Positions 10,642 through 21,673 of a stretch of DNA of 64,000 nucleotides are shown in pieces; position 1 is the stretch's first letter; every line of letters starts with the position of its first letter. Source of the stretch: an uncultured candidatus Porisulfidus sp. (GTDB lineage Bacteria; Pseudomonadota; Gammaproteobacteria; Poriferisulfidales; Oxydemutatoraceae); contig OZ244052.1 in assembly GCA_965215125.1 (NCBI GenBank), positions 2,156,707 to 2,220,706 on the forward strand, written 5' to 3'. Made by a program: the position numbers and the translations under genes. The notes below the pieces were generated by a model. The model did no database searches and was not told the DNA's origin. It saw only the letters and a program-made list of their open reading frames with translations.

Positions 10642-11874
10642 ATGGTGAGTTCGGGTAGCAGAAAAATTATCGTATTAGGTTCTACCGGTAGTATCGGAAT
10701 ACAGACCTTGGATGTGATACGATCACACGCTAAGCATTATGAAGTATTTGCTTTAACCGCTTATAATTCCGTAGAAAAAATTGCCGAACAATGCTTGGAA
10801 TTTAAGCCGCGCCACGCAATACTTTCCGATAAAAATCAGCTCGTTGAGTTACAAGCGTTATTACAAAAATATAAATTACACACCGAAGTGCTTCCGCAAA
10901 CTATGCTCAACGATTTGATCGTTGACGGAGATTACGACACCATAGTTACGGGTATTTCCGGTATAGCCGGCTTGCAACCCATTTTAAGCGCAGCGCAGGC
11001 GGCTAAAAGAATTTTATTTGCTAACAAAGAAGCCTTGGTTGTCGCCGGTGCCTTGCTGATGCAAACGGTGAAAAAATATTCGGCAAAGCTATTACCCATA
11101 GACAGCGAACACAATGCAATTTTTCAATGTTTGGGTAATAATTCAAAAACCGGCATAGAAGTCAAACATATTACGCTAACCGCTTCGGGTGGTCCGTTGT
11201 TGAATTGGCCGTTGGGTAAATTACATCAAGCGACACCCGAGCAAGCCTGCGCGCATCCCAACTGGGAGATGGGGCCTAAAATCTCGGTAGATTCGGCAAC
11301 CTTGATGAATAAAGGATTGGAAGTTATAGAGGCGCGTTGGTTATTTGATACGGAATTATCGCGAATCAAAGTATTAATACACCCACAAAGCATTGTTCAC
11401 GGCTTGGTCGAGATGAAAGACGGTTCGGTTATTGCACAATTATCAAAACCGGATATGCGTATTCCTATCGCGTATTCTTTAGCGTGGCCGGAGCGTTCTC
11501 CCGGTCAAGAGCATACGCGCTTGGATCTCGAGCAATGTGGGAAATTGGAATTTTATGCGGTTGATCACGAGCGTTTTCCTTGCTTATCTTTGGCTTACGA
11601 TGCGATGCAAATAGGAGCCGGCGCGCCTATAGTCTTGAATGCGGTAAACGAGGAGGCGGTACGCGCCTTTTTGGGCGGTCGCATTACTTTTGACCGTATT
11701 GCTACGATATGCTCCGAGATTATGGAAGAGAGTACTTTTGAAAATGCCGATCATTTAGGGCATATTCTAGAGATAGACCGGCGCACTCGTCATCTCGCTA
11801 AAACCTTTATAAACAGAGATAGGAGCAATGTCGTGCCTTTTCCCGATAGCCGCCCTAAACGATATATAATTTAG
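10642..11874 (+). CDS. dxr: 1-deoxy-D-xylulose 5-phosphate reductoisomerase
   Basis: GSTGSIG, PIDSEH, HPNWEMGPKISVDSATLMNKGLE. Confidence 0.97.
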   Translation: MVSSGSRKIIVLGSTGSIGIQTLDVIRSHAKHYEVFALTAYNSVEKIAEQCLEFKPRHAILSDKNQLVELQALLQKYKLHTEVLPQTMLNDLIVDGDYDTIVTGISGIAGLQPILSAAQAAKRILFANKEALVVAGALLMQTVKKYSAKLLPIDSEHNAIFQCLGNNSKTGIEVKHITLTASGGPLLNWPLGKLHQATPEQACAHPNWEMGPKISVDSATLMNKGLEVIEARWLFDTELSRIKVLIHPQSIVHGLVEMKDGSVIAQLSKPDMRIPIAYSLAWPERSPGQEHTRLDLEQCGKLEFYAVDHERFPCLSLAYDAMQIGAGAPIVLNAVNEEAVRAFLGGRITFDRIATICSEIMEESTFENADHLGHILEIDRRTRHLAKTFINRDRSNVVPFPDSRPKRYII

Positions 11875-11933
11875 CGATTTTGAAACGATTTACTGAAATA
11901 TCGCTATAATATAAAGCCAACTAGGAAACTATT

Positions 11934-13301
11934 ATGGATTACATCATCGGTGCCGTCGGATTTCTAATAGCAATTACCGTGCTGATTGCATTTCATGAAT
12001 TCGGACATTATTGGGTTGCCCGCCGAGCAAATATTAAGATTCTACGCTTTGCGATAGGCTTCGGCAGGGCGATATACAGCAGAAAATTCGGTCCTGATAA
12101 AAGCGAGTTTATTATCGGTAGTATTCCTTTGGGAGGCTATGTGAAAATGCTCGATGAGCGAGAAGGTGCTGTGCCTACCGAGGCAGTGCATAGAGCATTC
12201 AACCGTCAATCGTTGGGTGTGCGTACTTTGGTCGTCGCCGCAGGACCGGTTGCAAATTTCATACTGGCATTCTTACTCTACATTGTGGTGTTTATGGTAG
12301 GTTCCTTTGAGCGTAGGGTTATTGTAGGGGAGATGGAACCTCAAGGTGCGGCGATGACGGCCGGTTTGCAGAAAGGCGACGAAATTTACGCCGTTGAAGG
12401 TCGCACGGTGCAAGGAACCAGACAGACAATGCTCGCTATTATAGAAGGTGCCTTGGATAGCTCTCGTATTGCGATAGAGGTCGTCGGCGAGGACGGTAAT
12501 CGCAGGCAGCACACATTGGAAATAGATAGTGATACATTTATCAACGACGAAAGTCGCTCGGCATTCGAGAAATTGGGTATGACTTTGATGCGTCCCGAAT
12601 TGGAAGCAATTGTCGGCGAAGTATTGCCCGATAGTGCGGCGCAACGATACGGTCTAATAAAAAATGATCGCATTCTTCGCTTTGACGGATTGCCGATAGA
12701 AAATTGGAGTCGGCTGACCGAGCAAATACGAGCCCATCCCGACACATCGGTGGAATTAACGATTCTTCGCAACGAACGGGAAGTGACGATAGATTTTAGA
12801 CCCGATGCGCAAGCACAAGGTAAGAATATCGTAGGTAAGGCCGGGATCATAGCACTCAGTTCACCGTCGCTGTTTGAACCCTATCGGGTTCATATACGCT
12901 ACGGTTTGTTCGATTCAATCACAAAGGCGGCGCAACAAACTTGGACGATGACGATACTGACTTTTAAGTTTATCATTCACATGATTACCGGCTCGGTATC
13001 GCTTTCCAATATTAGTGGTCCGGTAACCATAGCCGAGGTCGCCGGTGTTTCTTTTCTGCTGGGTATCGTGAGTTATTTGAGCGTGCTGGCGATAATCAGC
13101 ATCAGCATAGGCGTACTCAATTTACTTCCGGTGCCGGTATTGGACGGCGGTCACCTGTTGCATTACTTATGGGAATTTATCGCCGGCAAACCGTTATCTA
13201 TGGCGGCGCAAGCTAAAGCCCAGTTGGTCGGTATGATAATGATCGGTTCCTTGATAGTACTGGCTTTGTACAACGATCTACAACGTCTGTTGGGTCCTTG
13301 A
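11934..13301 (+). CDS. rseP: RIP metalloprotease RseP
   Basis: HEFGH, two PDZ domains, NLLPVPVLDGG. Confidence 0.97.
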   Translation: MDYIIGAVGFLIAITVLIAFHEFGHYWVARRANIKILRFAIGFGRAIYSRKFGPDKSEFIIGSIPLGGYVKMLDEREGAVPTEAVHRAFNRQSLGVRTLVVAAGPVANFILAFLLYIVVFMVGSFERRVIVGEMEPQGAAMTAGLQKGDEIYAVEGRTVQGTRQTMLAIIEGALDSSRIAIEVVGEDGNRRQHTLEIDSDTFINDESRSAFEKLGMTLMRPELEAIVGEVLPDSAAQRYGLIKNDRILRFDGLPIENWSRLTEQIRAHPDTSVELTILRNEREVTIDFRPDAQAQGKNIVGKAGIIALSSPSLFEPYRVHIRYGLFDSITKAAQQTWTMTILTFKFIIHMITGSVSLSNISGPVTIAEVAGVSFLLGIVSYLSVLAIISISIGVLNLLPVPVLDGGHLLHYLWEFIAGKPLSMAAQAKAQLVGMIMIGSLIVLALYNDLQRLLGP

Positions 13302-13318
13302 TTAAAGGTAGGTAATAT

Positions 13319-15646
13319 TTGAAGCACATTTACCGATTCTTAACGATTACTCTAGTCGCTTTATGCGGCATTGCCAATGCCGATGGCTTCATTATCAAAG
13401 ATATAGAAATAAAAGGCCTCAAGCGTGTCGATGCAAGTAATATCTTTCTGGTACTGCCGTTTCGCATTAACGATTATTTTGATTTTTCAAATTCGCCGGA
13501 ACTAATTGAATTGTTATATGCAGAAGGTTATTTCGAAGAAGTAGAACTGCGCTACGATAACGACCGTTTGTATATTATCGTCACCGAAAGACCGGGCATC
13601 GCTGCGATCTATGTAGAAGGAAGCGACGAAGTGCCCGAAGAAGCGGTATTGGAAGCCCTGGAGTTTAACGATATCGCCCCCGGGCGCATCTACAAATATG
13701 CAACTTTCGATAAAATCAAACAGGAACTTCGCAAGCAATATCATGCACTGGGAAAGTACGCCGTCAATATCAATATAGACACCGTAGCACTACCCGATAA
13801 TCAAATCAATCTTGTTGTCCGAATCAACGAAAACGAAACAACTCGCATCAAAGATATTCAAATCATAGGAAATCGCCAACTGTCGGATAAATTATTGAAG
13901 GACAATTTCCAATCGGGAGGCAAAAAATGGTATGAATTTTGGAAAGATCAAGATAAGTATTCTAGGTTCAAGTTGGCGGCGGATATAGAATCATTGCAGG
14001 CTTTTTATCAGGATAGAGGTTATCTGGATTTTGCCGTCGAAGAAATCAAAGTGACATTGACACCGGACCGACGTTTTATCGATGTTTTGATCAAAATAAG
14101 AGAAGGACAACCGTATCGTATTAAAAAAGCCAATCTTGCTTCTGTGTCCGTACCCGAACGAGCAAAGATTATTGAGGTAATAAACGAGCATATTAAAGAG
14201 GATAAAATTTTTTCGCGTCAGGAAGCATTGAAGGCGAGTGCGAAAATAGGTCATATTCTTAAAGATCAAGGCTACGCATCTGCTAAGGTAGATGCTATTC
14301 CGCAACCCGATACCGAAAATGGTACGGTCGATGTTACTTTTTTCCCGAATCCCGGTCCGTTGACTTATGTGCGGCGTATTAATATACACGGTAATATAGC
14401 GACCGACGGCGAGGTGTTCAGACATGAATTGAGACAGCTCGAGAGTGCGCCTTATTCGGCTAGGAAAATAGACCTTTCTAAAAGGAGATTGCAACGATTA
14501 CCTTTTGTGAGTGCGGTGAAGATAGAGGAAAACCCGGTTGAAAAATCAAGCAATCAACTGGATCTGAATTTTGAGGTAGAGGAGCGTAAATCGGGGAGTT
14601 TTAATATAGGCGCAGGGTTTTCGGATAGCGACGGTGCGGTGCTGAGTTTGCAACTGAGCCAGTCTAATTTTTTAGGCACCGGTAATCGAGTCAGTACGGT
14701 CTTTAATAATAGCAGGTCAAACACGCGTTATGCATTGCGATTTACCGACCCGAACTATACCATAGACGGCGTAAGCCGTACTTTGTCGGCTAGTTATAGT
14801 GCAACCGACTACGGGGAAAGAGATGTCTCTTATATAGATACCGATGAAATTAATTTGGGGGTGCATTACGGTATTCCTATCTCGGAAGTGGATACCCTAG
14901 GCCTGGGTATACGGTGGGAAGAAGTTCGCTATGAGGATAGTCTGGATAGACGGTCCGTACGGAATCGTCTTGGCAGTTTGAGAGAATGTCTGGGCCGCCC
15001 GGAAGGCGAAGATTTCGAGTATTATGTGTTTAGGAATTATGCCGTCACCGCAGGCGTCGCTTACGATACTCGGAATAGTTCGCTATTCCCCACAGAGGGT
15101 GCGAGGATATCGACCAATTTAGAAGTCTACGGACCGGGCAGTGGTTTGAAGTATTATAAGGCGAATTATTCGCACCGCCATTTTTTTCCTTTAGACGAAG
15201 ACAAAAATTTTGTTTTTTCGCCTAGGCTGTTATTATCGTATGCCGATAAATACGGCAGCACACCGGAAGTGCCTTGCACCGACCGCTTTTTTGCCGGAGG
15301 AACCAAAACGGTTCGCGGTTACTTAAATAATTCATTAGGTCCTAGAGACTCGGCCGATCGCGCCGAGGGTGGTAATTTCAGGGCAGTGGGAAACTTTGAT
15401 TTGTATTTTCCCACCGGCTTTTTATACGACCCCAAGCGGCTACGCGCAAGTGTTTTTAGCGATATCGGGAATGTTTTCGAGGATTTTAGCGACTTTGACT
15501 TCTCCGAAATCAGAGGATCCATAGGGATTAATATGAGTTGGATAACTGCAATCGGTGCGGTTACTTTTAACTTCGCAACGCAGTATAATGACAAACCAGA
15601 GGATAGAACCGAGAGTTTTCAATTCGATTTAGGAACTAATTTTTAA
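13319..15646 (+). CDS. bamA: Outer membrane assembly factor BamA
   Basis: Signal peptide, POTRA repeats, VRGY motif, C-terminal FQFDLGTNF. Confidence 0.96.
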   Translation: MKHIYRFLTITLVALCGIANADGFIIKDIEIKGLKRVDASNIFLVLPFRINDYFDFSNSPELIELLYAEGYFEEVELRYDNDRLYIIVTERPGIAAIYVEGSDEVPEEAVLEALEFNDIAPGRIYKYATFDKIKQELRKQYHALGKYAVNINIDTVALPDNQINLVVRINENETTRIKDIQIIGNRQLSDKLLKDNFQSGGKKWYEFWKDQDKYSRFKLAADIESLQAFYQDRGYLDFAVEEIKVTLTPDRRFIDVLIKIREGQPYRIKKANLASVSVPERAKIIEVINEHIKEDKIFSRQEALKASAKIGHILKDQGYASAKVDAIPQPDTENGTVDVTFFPNPGPLTYVRRINIHGNIATDGEVFRHELRQLESAPYSARKIDLSKRRLQRLPFVSAVKIEENPVEKSSNQLDLNFEVEERKSGSFNIGAGFSDSDGAVLSLQLSQSNFLGTGNRVSTVFNNSRSNTRYALRFTDPNYTIDGVSRTLSASYSATDYGERDVSYIDTDEINLGVHYGIPISEVDTLGLGIRWEEVRYEDSLDRRSVRNRLGSLRECLGRPEGEDFEYYVFRNYAVTAGVAYDTRNSSLFPTEGARISTNLEVYGPGSGLKYYKANYSHRHFFPLDEDKNFVFSPRLLLSYADKYGSTPEVPCTDRFFAGGTKTVRGYLNNSLGPRDSADRAEGGNFRAVGNFDLYFPTGFLYDPKRLRASVFSDIGNVFEDFSDFDFSEIRGSIGINMSWITAIGAVTFNFATQYNDKPEDRTESFQFDLGTNF

Positions 15647-15649
15647 GCA

Positions 15650-16174
15650 ATGAATATGACTATAAAAAACAACGATATACCTTTGAAAAGGTTTATTTTA
15701 ATCATAGCTTTACTGATCAACACGAGTAGTTATGCGGCGGGCGTAGGCTTCGTCAATATCTCTATCGTGATGCAGAAAGCCCCTCAATCTATCGCTGCGG
15801 TTGAACGCTTGGAAGCGGAGTTTGACAAAAAAGATGCCCAATTATTGGAGCTGGAAGACGATATCAGAAAAGGTGAAATTTTACTCCGACGCTCGTCGCG
15901 TACTATGGACGAGGAAAAAAGGGAACGTTTGCAAGCAAGGATTATTTCGATGAAACGAGAATTCAAGGAAAGACGCGAAGAGTTTAAGGAAGAATTCAAT
16001 AAGCGGCGAACCGAAGAGCAGGCTAAGATACAAGAAGAGGTTTTGGAAATTATCAAAGAGCTAGCCAAGAGAAAAAATTTTGATATGGTCGTATCCGAGC
16101 CTATACTCTATGCCGACGATCAAGTTAATCTAACCGATCAAGTGCTGGATATATTAGAAAAACGAGCGCAGTGA
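15650..16174 (+). CDS. skp: OmpH/Skp periplasmic chaperone
   Basis: Signal peptide and long coiled coil; lies between bamA and lpxD. Confidence 0.9.
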   Translation: MNMTIKNNDIPLKRFILIIALLINTSSYAAGVGFVNISIVMQKAPQSIAAVERLEAEFDKKDAQLLELEDDIRKGEILLRRSSRTMDEEKRERLQARIISMKREFKERREEFKEEFNKRRTEEQAKIQEEVLEIIKELAKRKNFDMVVSEPILYADDQVNLTDQVLDILEKRAQ

Positions 16175-16187
16175 CGGTATCCCTACT

Positions 16188-17204
16188 ATGCCCAAGCGGT
16201 CTTATACTTTAACCGAGCTGGCAGAGCATATTAACATTCAAAAAGCACCGGAAGATATTAAAATTAACGGTATTGCAAGTTTGCGAGATGCGCAACCGGA
16301 TCAAGTTTCGTTTTATGCCAATCCCAAGCAACGAGATTTTTTGACTACAACGCGAGCAGGCGCGGTTTTGATCAAACCCGAGGATCAACACCTATGCAAA
16401 CAGCCGACACTGCTTTGCGATAACCCATATCTGGCTTTTGCACGACTTAGCCACTTATTTAGTACCGGTAATCGCTCGTCAACCAATGCGATCCATCGAA
16501 CTGCCGATGTTGCGACCGACGTGTGTATAGGAGCAGGTGTTTCTATAGGGGCAGGTGTGGCAATCGGAAGGCATTGTATCTTAGGCGACGGTGTTACAAT
16601 CGGAACAAATTGCACGATAGGAGATTATTGTAGTATAGGAGAGAATACTTTGCTTAAGGCACACGTTGTGCTTGCCGATAAAACTAAGCTCGGTCGGCGA
16701 GTTATCATACAACCGGGGGCGGTAATCGGTGGAGATGGTTTCGGTTTCGTGCCGGACGGCAACGACTGGATCAAGATAGAGCATTTAGGTAATGTGGAAA
16801 TAGGCGACGATGTAGAGATCGGTGCGAATACGGCGATAGACAAAGCAACTCTGGGTAGTACCGTTATAGGAAACGGAGTCAAAATAGATAATTTAGTGCA
16901 TATCAGTCATAACGATGTCATAGGAGACAGAACGGTGATCGCTGCTTGCACCGGCATCGCCGGCAGTACTACGATAGGCAAAGATTGTAAAATCGGAGGT
17001 GCGGCAATGATCAACGGACAAATTAGCATTTGTGACGGCACGACGATAACACCGGCAACACGCATCCATAAATCTATTACAAAAAAAGGACACTATAGTT
17101 CGGGTTTACTCTCTGTTGAACACGGTCAATGGTTAAAAAATAGTGTTTATTTCAAAAATTTATATAAATTACTTGATAATTTGAATAAACTAAATAAAAG
17201 ATAG
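16188..17204 (+). CDS. lpxD: UDP-3-O-acylglucosamine N-acyltransferase
   Basis: Hexapeptide repeats, GGDGFGF, KIDNLVHISHN. Confidence 0.96.
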   Translation: MPKRSYTLTELAEHINIQKAPEDIKINGIASLRDAQPDQVSFYANPKQRDFLTTTRAGAVLIKPEDQHLCKQPTLLCDNPYLAFARLSHLFSTGNRSSTNAIHRTADVATDVCIGAGVSIGAGVAIGRHCILGDGVTIGTNCTIGDYCSIGENTLLKAHVVLADKTKLGRRVIIQPGAVIGGDGFGFVPDGNDWIKIEHLGNVEIGDDVEIGANTAIDKATLGSTVIGNGVKIDNLVHISHNDVIGDRTVIAACTGIAGSTTIGKDCKIGGAAMINGQISICDGTTITPATRIHKSITKKGHYSSGLLSVEHGQWLKNSVYFKNLYKLLDNLNKLNKR

Positions 17205-17214
17205 GAAGATTATT

Positions 17215-17670
17215 ATGCATTCATTTGATTTTGAAAAAGAAATTAAACATATATTGCCGCATCGATTCCCGATGTTGCTGGTTGACCGAGTCATTGAATA
17301 CAATAAAGGAAAGCGTCTGAAGGCAATTAAAAATGTGACCATTAACGAAGATTTTTTCAACGGCCACTTTCCGCAAAAAGCCGTTATGCCGGGAGTACTG
17401 ATTATCGAAGCGATGGCACAAGCATCGTGTTTGTTGCTTCTGAAAGAAGCGTATATCAGAGAACAATCGATCGGCGAGAGTGGCGAACAGCTTATTTTAC
17501 TCGCCGGTATCGAGCGAGCAAGATTCAAAGCACCCGTGGTACCCGGTGATCAATTGATATTGGATGTAGTCTTAGAAAAATTTAAGAAAAATTATGCCGT
17601 GTTTCACTGCTTGGCTTTGGTGGACGAGCAAACAGTTGCTGTTGCAACCTTGAAGTGTATGATGAAATAA
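17215..17670 (+). CDS. fabZ: 3-hydroxyacyl-ACP dehydratase
   Basis: LPHRFPMLLVDRV, GHFP..AVMPGVLIIEAMAQ. Confidence 0.97.
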   Translation: MHSFDFEKEIKHILPHRFPMLLVDRVIEYNKGKRLKAIKNVTINEDFFNGHFPQKAVMPGVLIIEAMAQASCLLLLKEAYIREQSIGESGEQLILLAGIERARFKAPVVPGDQLILDVVLEKFKKNYAVFHCLALVDEQTVAVATLKCMMK

Positions 17671-17694
17671 ACTCGGATTTGGGTAGTTTCAGCT

Positions 17695-18504
17695 ATGATA
17701 CATCCGACCGCAATCATCGCCGACGATGCAAGCCTTGCCGAGAATGTGTCTATAGGTGCTTATAGCATGGTTGATTCCGGAGTTTCTATAGGGGCGGGAA
17801 CACAGATTGGTCCGCATACGGTCATTAAAGGACCTACGCAAATCGGGTGTAATAATCGAATTTTTCAATTTTGTTCAATAGGAGAATTACCTCAAGATAG
17901 ACAATGCCGCAATCCGACTCCTGAAAACAATGGTGGCTGTTTGACGATAGGAGATAACAATACGATTCGTGAGTATTGCACGATCAATCGTGGAACGATA
18001 GAGGGAGGAGGGCAAACGACGATAGCCGACGATAATTTCTTTATGGCTTATGTGCATATAGCCCATGATTGTAAAATTGCCAGCCATACTATTTTTGCCA
18101 ATGCAGCGAGTTTAGCAGGGCATGTAGAGGTCGGCGATTATGCGACGCTGAGCGGCTTTGTGATGGTACATCAATTTTGCCGCATAGGACGATACGCATA
18201 CAGCGGTATGGGTAGCGGCTTGAATAAGGATTTGCCGCCTTATCTGCTCGCTGCCGGACTTCCGGCACAAACACACGGACTTAACAAAGTAGGGCTGAAA
18301 AGAGTCGGTTTTTCCGAAGATGTTATACAAAAATTACACCAAGCCTATATGAAATTACTGCGTTCGCTCTCGGATTATAAAATTAATATAGACGAGCAGT
18401 ATAAAGTTGCCGCACAATATCCCGATGTGAAACATCTGATTGAATTTATAGAAACGAGTATGGACGGCAAGCATCGCGGCATCTTGCCGAGTGAAAAGGG
18501 ATAA
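17695..18504 (+). CDS. lpxA: UDP-GlcNAc acyltransferase
   Basis: MIHPTAII, MAYVHIAHDC, VHQFCRIG. Confidence 0.96.
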   Translation: MIHPTAIIADDASLAENVSIGAYSMVDSGVSIGAGTQIGPHTVIKGPTQIGCNNRIFQFCSIGELPQDRQCRNPTPENNGGCLTIGDNNTIREYCTINRGTIEGGGQTTIADDNFFMAYVHIAHDCKIASHTIFANAASLAGHVEVGDYATLSGFVMVHQFCRIGRYAYSGMGSGLNKDLPPYLLAAGLPAQTHGLNKVGLKRVGFSEDVIQKLHQAYMKLLRSLSDYKINIDEQYKVAAQYPDVKHLIEFIETSMDGKHRGILPSEKG

Positions 18505-18555
18505 TTATATCGTTGAGTTATCGCTCAAACACACATGATATAATACACTCCGATT

Positions 18556-18631
18556 GGGGCTATAGCTCAGCTGGGAGAGCACTTGCATGGCATGCAAGGG
18601 GTCGGCGGTTCGATCCCGCCTAGCTCCACCA
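18556..18631 (+). tRNA. tRNA-Ala(GGC)
   Basis: GGGGCTATAGCTCAGCTGGGAGAGC...ATGGCAT...GGTTCGATCCCGCCTAGCTCCACCA. Confidence 0.97.
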
Positions 18632-18665
18632 ATTAACGCAAGCCTTCACCCTATGAGCCGGTTCT

Positions 18666-19439
18666 TTAGGTAGGGTCTTGCGGTGAAGATTTAGCATCTT
18701 TGGTATCGCGCACGATAGGCAGATAAAGTCCTTGTCCGTCTTTATAGACTTGGATATTTAGCGTGTCGTCTTTTTCCACACTGCCGAGCAGATAAGCCAT
18801 ACCCTGATACACACCATCTAATTCATGGCAAGAATTGAGCAGTAGCTTCACGCGATACGCATTGTAATCGGGTGCAACGACGTTGATCTCGCCTTCATAA
18901 CCACAGCCGTTGGTATCGGCACCGTTGATGTATCCGTTCTCACCAATCGTAAATTTCGTAATCGTAAAGCCGTGGTAATAAATCCATTCATCGTTTACTT
19001 TGCTTATTTGCGCATCCTTCTCGTACAAAGATTTATCTCGCTCTAGCTTGAGCGTGCCTGTGTCTTTGGCATCGTGTGTTAGAAAACGAGCTTCTATTTT
19101 GTCGGGTGCCACTACTTTGCCTTCGAGCGTCACCGAGTCGAAATAACCTCCGTTGGTTAACAAATACATTTCCATGTCGGAGTGATAAATATCGTTTTTG
19201 ATATCAACCGTTCCTTTGTATGAAACTCTGGCATCGGGACTATAAGCGATCAGTTCCCCGCCTACATAAAGTGCATTGAATTTGAAATTTCCGCGACCGT
19301 TGATATCAAAATGTCCGTTCCATATACCGTCGTAATTTTGATTCTTTGTTTGATGCTCGGAAAATTTTCCGCTCGCCAACCACCAACCACTTATGGCAAT
19401 TAAGGCAACACCGATGAAAAGAATTATAAAACGTTTCAT
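18666..19439 (-). CDS. Hypothetical exported beta-rich protein
   Basis: 257 aa ORF with an N-terminal hydrophobic segment, a Gly/aromatic beta-strand pattern and a Cys pair (NGCGY...NSC). Confidence 0.75.
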   Translation of the reverse strand: MKRFIILFIGVALIAISGWWLASGKFSEHQTKNQNYDGIWNGHFDINGRGNFKFNALYVGGELIAYSPDARVSYKGTVDIKNDIYHSDMEMYLLTNGGYFDSVTLEGKVVAPDKIEARFLTHDAKDTGTLKLERDKSLYEKDAQISKVNDEWIYYHGFTITKFTIGENGYINGADTNGCGYEGEINVVAPDYNAYRVKLLLNSCHELDGVYQGMAYLLGSVEKDDTLNIQVYKDGQGLYLPIVRDTKDAKSSPQDPT

Positions 19440-19523
19440 ATCTGTTCAGGCTACTATCAATACCAGCGTCTATGTATACTAAATTATTAATTAGGACGGT
19501 AAGGGTAGAGTTTCCACCATGTC

Positions 19524-19553
19524 TTGCATTTCATAACAATATCATTGTATAAT
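19524..19553 (+). promoter_or_regulatory. Putative sigma70 promoter of the 16S rRNA gene
   Basis: TTGCAT-18 nt-TATAAT about 140 nt upstream of mature 16S, followed by boxA-like TGTTCTTTTAAA at 19574-19585. Confidence 0.6.
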
Positions 19554-19592
19554 ACACGGCTTATATATTTTAATGTTCTTTTAAAAATAGTA

Positions 19593-19623
19593 TAGAAGAT
19601 TTGTGTGGGCGCTTGCGTTGAGC
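19593..19623 (+). other. 5' arm of the 16S processing (RNase III-type) stem
   Basis: TAGAAGATTTGTGTGGGCGCTTGCGTTGAGC pairs with 21246-21276 at 30 of 31 positions (6 G.U). Confidence 0.8.
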
Positions 19624-19691
19624 CGATTAAACCCATTTTGCTTGGATAGAGCTTCGGCAAAGTCCGGCAAAAACTCAAAAGTTTTTAAATT

Positions 19692-21236
<1,545 letters not shown>

Positions 21237-21245
21237 AGAGTATCT

Positions 21246-21276
21246 GCTTGATGCGAGTGTCCTCACAAATCTTCTA
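21246..21276 (+). other. 3' arm of the 16S processing stem
   Basis: GCTTGATGCGAGTGTCCTCACAAATCTTCTA is complementary to 19593-19623. Confidence 0.8.
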
Positions 21277-21277
21277 A

Positions 21278-21305
21278 GAATTATCTGCCTTAAGGCAGAT
21301 AATTC
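21278..21305. terminator. Perfect 28 bp palindrome; probable 3' end hairpin of the 16S transcript
   Basis: GAATTATCTGCCTT|AAGGCAGATAATTC; no clean U-tract follows. Confidence 0.5.
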
Positions 21306-21419
21306 CTGTTAATGCAGAAACTTAGCACTGTTGCGTAGGTCTTATGAACTATGGTTCATCCTCATTTAACGGTATGTTAATAAGATTGGCTGGGGGTTTC
21401 GGTTAACTGTAGAGATTTT

Positions 21420-21516
21420 GTAGGGGCAGACTATTCCCCTCCTGTGGAGAGGTGGCAGGCGCAACAGAACCGCCGATTGAGCCAGTAGTTCAATCGGCGT
21501 GACGTTATGCAGAACT
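21420..21516 (+). repeat. Mosaic of REP-like elements
   Basis: GTAGGGGCAGAC half-REP (21420-21431), TCCCCTCC..GGAGAGG fragment, and hairpin CGCCGATTGA-GCCAGTAGT-TCAATCGGCG (21471-21499). Homologous pieces occur inverted at 57158-57376. Confidence 0.7.
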
Positions 21517-21673
21517 TTAACATGTTTACAAAATGTAAAACCTTTCCATGGGGTGGTTGCGTCGTATCTGTACAATTTATTCATTCATCCTCGTTTAATG
21601 GTATGCCTCAAGTTGGAAGATATGGCGATATTGAAAAATAGAATCACTGATTTAATTTGTAGGTGCGGCACAC

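Noticed and set aside
18556-19439. Island integrated at tRNA-Ala
   Set aside because: No integrase and no duplicated tRNA 3' end found.
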